Assembly: GCA_027371755.1 (NCBI GenBank) | Contig: DAHXLF010000003.1 | Span: forward strand, 1 to 44,844 | DNA: 44,844 nucleotides | DNA from: Acidimicrobiales bacterium | GTDB taxonomy: Bacteria; Actinomycetota; Acidimicrobiia; Acidimicrobiales; JABEUL01 | Direction of reading: 5' to 3' | Shown: positions 8,866-17,772 of the stretch, piece after piece | How the letters are laid out: the number at the start of each line of letters is the position of its first letter | Numbering within the stretch: the first letter of the stretch is position 1 | Translations under genes and position numbers: made by a program | The notes under the pieces: model-generated | What the model saw: the letters and a program-made list of their open reading frames with translations, nothing else | Database searches by the model: none | What the model was told of the DNA's origin: nothing

Positions 8866-9648
8866 CTACCTTAGCCAAACCGGAAACGCCAAAGTCAAAA
8901 AGGCTGAGCTGAGAGCGCCAATTGACAAAAACGGACCAAAGGGAATCTTATCTTTCATCTTTTTTACTCCGAATGCCAGCAAACCCAAAGTCAAAAATCC
9001 TCCCACGACAATCCCAAGCGCAAAGCCCAATATTGCAAACTTCCAACTAAACCATCCTAAAAATAGACTCTGCACCGCTACAAGTCTCACATCCCCCAAA
9101 CCGATAGACCCTGGGGGCAGTATCAAAAAGAAAACAAAAAGTAAAACGGCAGCAATTGCACCAACTATCGCCGCCACCAAAAGCCGCTTATAGTCATGGG
9201 TATTAAACGAAGCCAATGCCAACAAAATTAAACCGAAAACTGCGGTTGGATATAAAATCTTGGTCGGCAATTTCATGTATTTTAAATCGATGACCGATGT
9301 TGACAAAGTTGCTGCAGCCAATAAACAAATTGCAGGCGTTACCGATAACGGTTTAATAAAATACACAATGCAAAAAAACAATGCCGCCGTAATTAATTCA
9401 ACCAACGGATACTGGAAGCTAATTGCTTTTTTACAATTACGACATTCGCCTTTTAATATCAACCAAGAAATGACCGGAATATTGTCATAAGCCTTAATCG
9501 GTGTCTTGCAACTCGGACAAAATGATCTTGGCTTGGCCAAAGACATCTTATTTGGAACTCTATAGATAACAACGTTAAGAAAAGATCCCAAAAGCAATCC
9601 AAAAACGGCGGCGACAATAGCCCAAAATTCAACTGGTATGTGTTTCAT
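8866..9648 (-). CDS. pilD: prepilin peptidase / N-methyltransferase (A24)
   Basis: GSFLNVVIYRVP, two CxxC pairs, YPLVEL, catalytic D motifs (VID, GLGDV), IPFGPFL. Confidence 0.93.
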   Translation of the reverse strand: MKHIPVEFWAIVAAVFGLLLGSFLNVVIYRVPNKMSLAKPRSFCPSCKTPIKAYDNIPVISWLILKGECRNCKKAISFQYPLVELITAALFFCIVYFIKPLSVTPAICLLAAATLSTSVIDLKYMKLPTKILYPTAVFGLILLALASFNTHDYKRLLVAAIVGAIAAVLLFVFFLILPPGSIGLGDVRLVAVQSLFLGWFSWKFAILGFALGIVVGGFLTLGLLAFGVKKMKDKIPFGPFLSIGALSSAFLTLAFPVWLR

Positions 9649-9960
9649 AGTTACTTAATATCATAGAATACTTTAGGCGTTGCCGTTCAAATCCCGGTCA
9701 TAATTAGACTATCGGTCTAGCTAATTCCCATTAAATTCCGTTAAGAGCATTATGGTGAAACTTCAACATTAAGTTGTCAATGTTAATTCAATATCCGTAC
9801 TACATGATTATCGGTTCACATTAATTCAATTCCAACTGGTCATTTATCCACAAATATTGCACTTACACTTGGACTCAGAACTTAGGACTCAGAAGTTTTA
9901 ACTTTAAGAATATAATTAAATAGTAGTAAATGAATTCAATTAAATGAATTTTTTCTTACA

Positions 9961-9994
9961 GCGTCGTCCGGTGTCAGCTGGCATCGGCCGGCGT
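9961..9994 (+). promoter_or_regulatory. GC-rich strand-specific RNA hairpin upstream of GT2 gene
   Basis: CGTCGTCCGGTGTC-agct-GGCATCGGCCGGCG pairs with G-U wobbles and one mismatch on the + strand. Confidence 0.45.
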
Positions 9995-10020
9995 CGGTTC
10001 ACAGATATCGGATAACAATA

Positions 10021-10941
10021 TTGTCACAACATCGACAACTTAAATTAAATGACGGCCAAAAGCATATAGATGTCACAATTGTTTCCTACAACAACAGTGA
10101 TACCATTCAAGAATGCATAGCCTCCGTGAGACATTTAGGCAGTGTCGACAAAATTATTGTTGTAGACCACGGCTCTGACGACACCACAAAGCAAGCTACA
10201 TTACTTGGGGCTGAGGCAATTCAAGATCCGACAAACCCGGGGTACGGACAGGGACAGAACCATGCCGTAAAATTATGCGAAAGCAGCTTTATTTTACTTT
10301 TGAACCCAGATGCCAAAATAGTCCCTGAGGCTATTCTTCAAGGTTTGGAATATCTAACCAAACATGACAACGTTGCAGCCATACAGGGAATAATAAAGAG
10401 CTTTGACGAAACCGTAATCGAGCGCAGCCATGGCAACAACATAGGATTGATACATCTTTATGGCAGAGCGATGGGGCTCAAACGACTTTTAAAATATAGC
10501 TTTATAAGACGTATCTTTTCAAACAACAATCTTTTAAAAGACCATGTCAACCGTATTCCCACCGAACCGGTCAAGACAGAGGCTTTGGGGTTCGTTGCCG
10601 TTTTAATGAGACGATCGGCTTTTGAATCGGTCGGAGGCTTTGATCGGAGTTTTTTCATGTATGGCGAAGATATGGATCTTTGCAAAAGACTGACAAATAA
10701 AGGCTATGAGTTAATATCACTTCCCACCTTATGGGCTTTACACCTCGGTCAGTATTCGTCTGGTTCCAACTTTAATACCGAACTTCTTTGGTGGCAAGGT
10801 ACACTTCGTTATGCCTACAAATGGTGGAGTACTCACGATAAACTCTTACTGATGGTGGCTCAAGTAATTGAATTCTTAAAACTATCAATTAAACAACCCG
10901 GTGAGATAAAAACTATTTATCGACACCTGTTTTTAAAATAG
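10021..10941 (+). CDS. glycosyltransferase family 2 (WbbL-like)
   Basis: IVSYN, VVDHGSDD, N.GYG.G.N, LLNPDA, GGFD..FFMYGED.DLC. Confidence 0.9.
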   Translation: MSQHRQLKLNDGQKHIDVTIVSYNNSDTIQECIASVRHLGSVDKIIVVDHGSDDTTKQATLLGAEAIQDPTNPGYGQGQNHAVKLCESSFILLLNPDAKIVPEAILQGLEYLTKHDNVAAIQGIIKSFDETVIERSHGNNIGLIHLYGRAMGLKRLLKYSFIRRIFSNNNLLKDHVNRIPTEPVKTEALGFVAVLMRRSAFESVGGFDRSFFMYGEDMDLCKRLTNKGYELISLPTLWALHLGQYSSGSNFNTELLWWQGTLRYAYKWWSTHDKLLLMVAQVIEFLKLSIKQPGEIKTIYRHLFLK

Positions 10942-10962
10942 ACAAGTCTTAAAAACTTAAAC

Positions 10963-11646
10963 TTAAACGGGTACGATTAACTTTTCGTTATTATTTGCGG
11001 GACTGTTGACTAAAGTTGAGACTTTGTAAAAATCCAAAACATCGGGATCAATCGGACTTACGACTTGATCATAATCGTAGTTGTCAAGCTCCCCGTTTGT
11101 CAGCCATTTATCAATATGCTCATTTCTTAAAATCACGGGCATTCGCGAATGAATAACGCTAACACCTTCATTTGCCTTACAGGTTAAAATTGCAAACGAA
11201 TGCTGTGGCATTAAAGTATCGGAGACTTCAGTTTTTTCATATATACCGGCTGCGGCAATAAGTAATTCATCCTTGCGTCTAAAGTAATACGGTATTTTAA
11301 TTTTACTTGTGGCATCTTTAGACCACTCATAATAACCGTCCATGAAAACTACACATCGAGTATTCTTAACCGCCGCAGCAAAGTACTTCTTCTCAAAGGC
11401 GGTCTCAGAAACAGCGTTTATCATCGGTTTAACAGAGTTTAATTTAACCGCCCACTTAGGTAGAAACCCCCACTTAAAACAGTCCAGTTTGTAAGTTTGT
11501 CTCTCATTTACAGCAACCATCGCCGCCGATGACGGTGTGATATTGTAGCTGGGCTTAAAGATCTGCGCTGAGCCTGTGACTTCTGAAATATTGTAAATTT
11601 CAGCTAATAAAGATGCCGGACTGAATTGTACAAACCTTCCGCACAT
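10963..11646 (-). CDS. SOS response-associated peptidase (SRAP/YedK/HMCES), abasic-site protection
   Basis: MCGRF with catalytic Cys2, YNI.P, WG..P.W, GYYEW, IH.RMPVIL. Confidence 0.95.
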   Translation of the reverse strand: MCGRFVQFSPASLLAEIYNISEVTGSAQIFKPSYNITPSSAAMVAVNERQTYKLDCFKWGFLPKWAVKLNSVKPMINAVSETAFEKKYFAAAVKNTRCVVFMDGYYEWSKDATSKIKIPYYFRRKDELLIAAAGIYEKTEVSDTLMPQHSFAILTCKANEGVSVIHSRMPVILRNEHIDKWLTNGELDNYDYDQVVSPIDPDVLDFYKVSTLVNSPANNNEKLIVPV

Positions 11647-11675
11647 ATCATTAATTGCTCACATTAAAACAGATA

Positions 11676-13388
11676 TTAATTTTTTAGCGAATCTATAAAT
11701 CGTTGCCGAAGTTCTCGCTTTAAAAACTTTCCGGCAGCATTTCTGAGCAATGGCTCTTTGCTGAAACTTACATGCTCGGGTACTTTAAATTTTGCCAATC
11801 TTTGCCCCACGAACTCTTTAATCTTTTCTTCGGATATCACAGCATCGTCTTTTAAGACAACGGTAGCTACAAGTTCTTCGCCCAATCGCTCGTCGGGTAT
11901 GCCAAATACTACGGCCTCGTAGATCTCAGGAATTTCATATAAAGCTGCTTCAACTTCCACGCAATAGATGTTTTCACCCCCGCGCAGAACCATGTCTTTA
12001 ACACGATCTACCACATAAATATACTTCTCGTCATCCAAATATCCCAAATCACCTGATTTAAGCCATCCGTCATGAATCACTTCGGCAGTATATTTATCGT
12101 CTTTCCAGTAACCGTTAATTAAATTCGGTCCGTAAAATTCAATCTCCCCGACTGTATTGTTTTCAAGCTCGTTTCCATTATCGTCAACGACCCTGACTTT
12201 CATGAATGGAACCACTCTGCCGGCACTGGTAGGTTTGGCAAGATAGTCGTCACCACCGTTTTGCGGACCGTATGCGTTAGTCTCGGTCATTCCATAACCT
12301 ATTTGAGGCCTGCCGTGCGAGAATTTGGAATCGATCTGCTTGACCAACTCAGGAGCAGCCGGTGCACCGCCTCCGCTGATATTTTTAAGAGACGATGTGT
12401 CGTACTTTGAAAAGTTTGGGCTCTCTAATAAATCATGAGCCATAGTCGGTACGCCGACAAAGATCGTAACCTTTTCTCTTTCAATGAGCTGAAGAGCTCT
12501 CTCGGGATCCCACTTATACATCATTACTAAACGATTTCCCGTCGTAAAACTTCCCAACATAACGGGAACCAACCCCGTAACGTGAAACAGCGGGACTACC
12601 AAAATAAAGGTATTGGGTCCGTTTATATCCTCGTCTTCTTTGTCTTTGGGTTTTCTTGCCGCATCGACTGCGCCCTTTATTCCAAATCCGAGAAGGCCGT
12701 GCAAAACCGCACGGTGGGTCGAAACAGCTCCTTTAGGCTTTCCGGTGGTGCCGGAGGTAAATAGCATAGTAGCAATATCTTCCGTATCGATATCAACCGT
12801 CGGCATCGCTTTGCCGAGCTCTAACTCTTTGTCGTAAAGATAAATTTGCTTATTTTTAAACTCATCGGTACTGTCATGGCGAACTATAATCATCTTTGTT
12901 TCGTCAGATTTTATAATATTGTCTATTTTTTTTGCCCGTTCGAAATCTGCAATAATAAGCTTTGATTCAGCCAGTTCGATTCCGTATTCAAGTTCGTCTT
13001 CGGTCCACCAGGCGTTAAGTAAACAAGCAACAGCTCCCAAGGAAACTACCGCAAAAAATGCAACTATCCATTCGGGATAGTTTCTCATTGCAATAGCGAC
13101 ATTGTCACCTTTTTTAAGGTTAAATTTTTCGGACAGCATGTAAGCCGTCGAATCTACTTTGTCTACCAGTTCTTTATAGGTGTACCTTTCGTCTTCGTAT
13201 ACTATGGCCTCGGCATCACCTCGCAGTCGTCCAAGATCAAAGAGTTGTCGCAATGACTGCGGGCAGTATTTAAAGACGGTGTACTGCAGTCCGTTGATAG
13301 TTTTATCCTCGAGTTCATATAATGTTCCCGGTCCGGATGCTATTTTTACTGCTTCATCAAAGCTTATTGGGGTATTAATTTCAGACAT
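11676..13388 (-). CDS. long-chain acyl-CoA synthetase (AMP-binding, FadD-like)
   Basis: FTSGTTGKPKG, GYGMTE, SGDLG, DR.KD...RGGENI, FKVP. Confidence 0.93.
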   Translation of the reverse strand: MSEINTPISFDEAVKIASGPGTLYELEDKTINGLQYTVFKYCPQSLRQLFDLGRLRGDAEAIVYEDERYTYKELVDKVDSTAYMLSEKFNLKKGDNVAIAMRNYPEWIVAFFAVVSLGAVACLLNAWWTEDELEYGIELAESKLIIADFERAKKIDNIIKSDETKMIIVRHDSTDEFKNKQIYLYDKELELGKAMPTVDIDTEDIATMLFTSGTTGKPKGAVSTHRAVLHGLLGFGIKGAVDAARKPKDKEDEDINGPNTFILVVPLFHVTGLVPVMLGSFTTGNRLVMMYKWDPERALQLIEREKVTIFVGVPTMAHDLLESPNFSKYDTSSLKNISGGGAPAAPELVKQIDSKFSHGRPQIGYGMTETNAYGPQNGGDDYLAKPTSAGRVVPFMKVRVVDDNGNELENNTVGEIEFYGPNLINGYWKDDKYTAEVIHDGWLKSGDLGYLDDEKYIYVVDRVKDMVLRGGENIYCVEVEAALYEIPEIYEAVVFGIPDERLGEELVATVVLKDDAVISEEKIKEFVGQRLAKFKVPEHVSFSKEPLLRNAAGKFLKRELRQRFIDSLKN

Positions 13389-13659
13389 ATATAACCTTAC
13401 AAAACGTAAATAAATTAATTAATAAAACCGCACAAACACTGTTTTTGTGCCAGATACTACTTTTGTGTGCCATACGACGCTAATACGCAGACGTCACATC
13501 AGATAAGCACAGTGTGAACAAACAGTGAATAAATAAAGTGCTAATATAAAAATTTTACTACTAAAAATATAGTGATATTAAAATACTGGACATAATGGAA
13601 GATATAAAATTGCGATATAGATATCATCACAATATCCCGACTTCAATTAATTAAAATTT

Positions 13660-13686
13660 AATATAAATCGATATGCGATTTATATT
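13660..13686. promoter_or_regulatory. 11-bp perfect palindrome, candidate operator
   Basis: AATATAAATCG-atatg-CGATTTATATT, 14 nt before ATG 13701. Confidence 0.5.
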
Positions 13687-13700
13687 TGAAAAGATCCACC

Positions 13701-14060
13701 ATGACCGATAACTCTAAATTTAGCAATGTTCAAAACTCACTGTTTGACAACGAACTTTGCGGTCACTTCGAACCTGCAGAAGTTAAATACGAGTATTGGC
13801 CCGCCGACGTCACGATCGTAGGATCCGCATCCAAACTATTGCCATGCTGCAATAAAAAGGTTAGCGTTGTCCCTGGAACTAGAATTACAAAGAAGAGGTG
13901 TTCAAAATGCAAACGTTCCTTTTATCCGAGTTTCAGTGTGTCAGACTATCTGACCGATAAGTTACAAAAGCCAGCCATTACGTTAACTTGGCATGACGCA
14001 TCTTTAACCAAAAAAATATCACCTAATCAATCGAGCGACCAATTAACGTTCACCTATTGA
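13701..14060 (+). CDS. small hypothetical Cys-rich (Zn-ribbon-like) protein with QNSLF and QLTF motifs
   Basis: ATG at 13701 (the track starts at TTG 13686); PCC...RCSKC; fills the gap between fadD and addA. Confidence 0.65.
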   Translation: MTDNSKFSNVQNSLFDNELCGHFEPAEVKYEYWPADVTIVGSASKLLPCCNKKVSVVPGTRITKKRCSKCKRSFYPSFSVSDYLTDKLQKPAITLTWHDASLTKKISPNQSSDQLTFTY

Positions 14061-14136
14061 ACCACAGTGATTTAGGATCGAAATTTTCACAAATCTATCA
14101 TAAAAGATATTTTTTTGTGCCTTCTGTTTGGACCAA

Positions 14137-17100
14137 TTAATTTAACGAAGATATTAGAATCGGCATCTCTTTGTCCAGCACTTTCGAGGTTAACTTCATT
14201 TCGTAACCGCCCTGTTCGGCCAACATCAAAAATATAACCTCCGAAACCGGCTTATTCATCAAAACGTTCATGCCATAAGCATAAGCTATGCCTTGGGCCT
14301 CATAGTCTTTTTTTAAATTCTCAAGTTCAGCTTCATCTGACAGCGCGGTGGTTTTATAATCCACAATAGTTAGAGAGTTTTCAAATTCTATCAACAGATC
14401 TATGAATCCCTCCAATATAAAATTCTCCTTATTTGGACTGCAAATCGGCACTCCGATATAAACTTCTTTGTAATGATTGCGTTTGGAGGCTTGTTTGATG
14501 CAAGCGGAATTTAATGCATGATTTACCAGCTTGGCAACCCTTGACTTCTGATCTGAAACTTCAAATTCTTTGACCGCTTCGGAAACAATATCGTCTACAT
14601 AAATTTTAAATTTGTCTTCGGGTAGCTCTACAGACTTTTTAAAATCAATTAATTCCAGCGCCTTATGGACCGTAGTCCCGATTCTGGTACCCATAGGCCC
14701 TTTTGAAGAGCTTGGTATATTGGTGGCATAGCTCAATCTGTCATCTTCAATCGCTTGGGCAATTTGGGCCGTAGTAACCCTTCTATTTAAACTACTTGGC
14801 GTAACAATATGGCGTGTTTTTAATTGACGGCTAACTTGAAGTACCCTTTCGTTAACTTGATCAATTACCTTTTTAATGTCATTTTCATCAGATACTACAA
14901 GATTAGTTTTGTCGTTTATTATAGGTTCAAAACCACTAATCAAATTATCTGCATCCAATTCTTTACATGCAAATTTAGATATGATTTCAAAAAACCATTC
15001 GACTATACCTTTATCCATGCAATTGTCCGCGTCGCGATCAATGACGGGTTTATCTGTAGCAATAGACTTATTTTCAAAATTAAACGGACGATCCAAGCTG
15101 ACTAAATCAATAAACATTAGCTCCTTTGCCCTCGTACAGGCGACATAGAGTCGGCGAATTGCCTCATAGTCAATAGTTTCAACTTTCAAATTTTTAGTAT
15201 AACAATCCTTATTTATGTAAATATCGGCAATATTCGGATTCGATTCAAAATCACACTTGACCAAAATTTTATTTGCAGCTTTTGGCTCAAGATTTCTAAG
15301 GCCGGTTAGAAATACAACATTATACTCAAGCCCCTTTGCCGCATGTATCGTTACTATTCTCACAGCGTCATAGTCTTCTTCAAATATCGAAATATCACTA
15401 AAATCAGCAGACCGTTGCCGTAAATACTCTAGCCAGTCAATTAGTTTGGTCAAAGTGAGGTTGCCCGCCTTAATAAAATCATAGGCTGCATATATAAAAT
15501 TATTCAGCTTACTTATTGCGTCACGATATTTAGGATAAAGCACTGCGGTAACTTTGACATAAAACTCCTGCAGTATTCCGTCGAAGATTTCGTCAAACGG
15601 TTGCTGAGAGGCGGCCTTATTGTATTTAAGCACCAAGTTAATGAGTTTGTTATTTGATAATGTCACATTGACCTCATTACCGGTTGATATTTTAAATTTA
15701 TTTATAAAAGAACATAGTTCCTCTTCTCCCAACGAATTTGGAATATCCGCCAATAGATAGACCCACGAGTTTAGGTCTGTCGGATCGAGAATTACCTTTA
15801 ATAAAGATACAAGCGATTTAACCGTATCCGCCTGCATAATGTCGCTTTTTAACTCAAACTTGCAGGGGATGTCGTACTTTTCCAAAGCAAATGCAATCTG
15901 ATTTATTGCAGTTCTAGTCGGAACTATTATTGCAATATCGTTGAAACTGATTGGATTGGATTCTTCGTTAAATCTGATCTTTCTATCAACCAAAAATCTT
16001 ATAGTTCTCGCAATTTTTTCAGATCCGTACTCCCTGAGCTCTTGTGCATTTAAACCAGATTTTACGGGTTTGGTTGATTTTTTTGTCGGAGGTATTTCAT
16101 TTTCAGCCAAATCATCTAAGTTTAAATTTTGCTCTTTTGATTCTCGGTTTAAATCATCTAAAATGCCTTCGTCGGTTTCTTTTACGCTGTCTTTATATGT
16201 TAAATAAAATACCTTTTGGTTTGGATGATTACCAAGTTCAACAATGGGAGTGTGTTCTTTCTGCAGCTCTAAATTCTGAATTTCTTCAAATTTTGGATCT
16301 TTGTCAAACAGTGGTTTAAAGATCTGGTTAACCCAGTTGATAATTTCCGGTTGTGATCTAAAATTCGACAAGAGATAGGAAATCTCCATTTTTCTATCAT
16401 TATCAGTGGGATTATCAAAGTCCTTCTTTGTCTTAAAGTACAGATCCAAATTGGCATCCCTAAATGCATATATCGACTGTTTTGGATCTCCGACAAAAAA
16501 TATCTTTAGATCTTTACCTATTTCTTGTGCGCCTTGAGTGATTAGGTTTAATAACCGATACTGCCTGTAATCGGTATCCTGATATTCGTCCACGGAAATA
16601 TATTTAAACTGGCTTGCGATCTCTTGCCGTATAGATTCATTGTTTTCCAAGAGTTTGACCGAATACTTAAGTAAATCATCAAAACTTAAATAGCCTTTCT
16701 TAAATAACTTTTTGTTCAATTTAACCAACTCGTTTATCGTTACATACAGATACAGTTTGAGTAAATTACCAAAATACCTATTTTTAGCCAATTCAAGATT
16801 GGTAATAGTTTCTCTTACCTCTTCTATGTAATCTCCTTGTTCTTCACCCGCACGTTGCCAATTTGCACCAACTCCCACTTTTTTTGAGTTGAATTTTAAA
16901 AGCCCCAATTTTGAATATCTATATTTACCGCTATTTTGATCTTGATAGGAAATTTCGCCCATATTCAATGGCTTATCATCTCTGTCACCATTTTGAGAAA
17001 CCGTGACCGTGTTTTCGACATTAAACAGATGCGCATCCTCTAGTTCTTCAATTAGATTTAATAGCTTCAAATAAAGCTTGTCTTGGTTGTCCGTACAGTA

Positions 17101-17745
17101 TCTTAAAGAATCGTGTAACTTTTGGATTACGATTTGAATCTTGTCTTCTAAGACCGGAATGTTAGCGTACAACGATTCTGTATCCACCGGCTGTAGATCA
17201 ATTTTTCGCAAAACGTCGATCAAACCCGTTAAGTCACTTCTGTCAAAACTACTCTTATCCGGATAGGCATCGTTTAAAGCTTCAATTAACTCATAATGAG
17301 TGTTTTTTATCTCAACTTCAATCTTTTGATATTCCTGGAATATCTCATAATCATTGCTTAAGATGTTAAATGAAAATGGAATTCCGGCTTCGGTTGAATA
17401 TTTGGTAAGAATTTTGTGAGCAAACCCGTGAATGGTACTCAAGATAAAATCCTCGATATGATCAATGGCATATTTCAAGTTTTTATACTCTTCAGTGTCA
17501 AAATCGAAATCTTTTAATCGAACTTGCATCGTTTCAAACAAACGGCTCTTTAGCTCAACCGCTGCCGCTTCAGTAAATGTTATAGCGACGATATCTTTGG
17601 GTTTGGCAGTGCCTTTTTGAATTAAATATGTCAACCTATTTATCAAAGCTGCTGTTTTACCTGCTCCAGCACCGGCTTCAATAAAAAAAGAGCGGTCTGT
17701 CTCAGATTCAATTCTGACTCGAGTGTTGGATTCTTCTTTGTTCAC
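14137..17745 (-). CDS. UvrD-like SF1A helicase with C-terminal RecB-type nuclease (AddA/AdnB-like)
   Basis: EAGAGAGKT, TIHGF, VDEYQDT, VGDPKQSIYAFR, NFRS, TIHAAKGLE, LYVACTRA; nuclease G..VH..LE, G.IDLL, VDYKT. Confidence 0.93.
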   Translation of the reverse strand: MNKEESNTRVRIESETDRSFFIEAGAGAGKTAALINRLTYLIQKGTAKPKDIVAITFTEAAAVELKSRLFETMQVRLKDFDFDTEEYKNLKYAIDHIEDFILSTIHGFAHKILTKYSTEAGIPFSFNILSNDYEIFQEYQKIEVEIKNTHYELIEALNDAYPDKSSFDRSDLTGLIDVLRKIDLQPVDTESLYANIPVLEDKIQIVIQKLHDSLRYCTDNQDKLYLKLLNLIEELEDAHLFNVENTVTVSQNGDRDDKPLNMGEISYQDQNSGKYRYSKLGLLKFNSKKVGVGANWQRAGEEQGDYIEEVRETITNLELAKNRYFGNLLKLYLYVTINELVKLNKKLFKKGYLSFDDLLKYSVKLLENNESIRQEIASQFKYISVDEYQDTDYRQYRLLNLITQGAQEIGKDLKIFFVGDPKQSIYAFRDANLDLYFKTKKDFDNPTDNDRKMEISYLLSNFRSQPEIINWVNQIFKPLFDKDPKFEEIQNLELQKEHTPIVELGNHPNQKVFYLTYKDSVKETDEGILDDLNRESKEQNLNLDDLAENEIPPTKKSTKPVKSGLNAQELREYGSEKIARTIRFLVDRKIRFNEESNPISFNDIAIIVPTRTAINQIAFALEKYDIPCKFELKSDIMQADTVKSLVSLLKVILDPTDLNSWVYLLADIPNSLGEEELCSFINKFKISTGNEVNVTLSNNKLINLVLKYNKAASQQPFDEIFDGILQEFYVKVTAVLYPKYRDAISKLNNFIYAAYDFIKAGNLTLTKLIDWLEYLRQRSADFSDISIFEEDYDAVRIVTIHAAKGLEYNVVFLTGLRNLEPKAANKILVKCDFESNPNIADIYINKDCYTKNLKVETIDYEAIRRLYVACTRAKELMFIDLVSLDRPFNFENKSIATDKPVIDRDADNCMDKGIVEWFFEIISKFACKELDADNLISGFEPIINDKTNLVVSDENDIKKVIDQVNERVLQVSRQLKTRHIVTPSSLNRRVTTAQIAQAIEDDRLSYATNIPSSSKGPMGTRIGTTVHKALELIDFKKSVELPEDKFKIYVDDIVSEAVKEFEVSDQKSRVAKLVNHALNSACIKQASKRNHYKEVYIGVPICSPNKENFILEGFIDLLIEFENSLTIVDYKTTALSDEAELENLKKDYEAQGIAYAYGMNVLMNKPVSEVIFLMLAEQGGYEMKLTSKVLDKEMPILISSLN

Positions 17746-17772
17746 AATAATTTCACTTTAATACTGTCTAAA

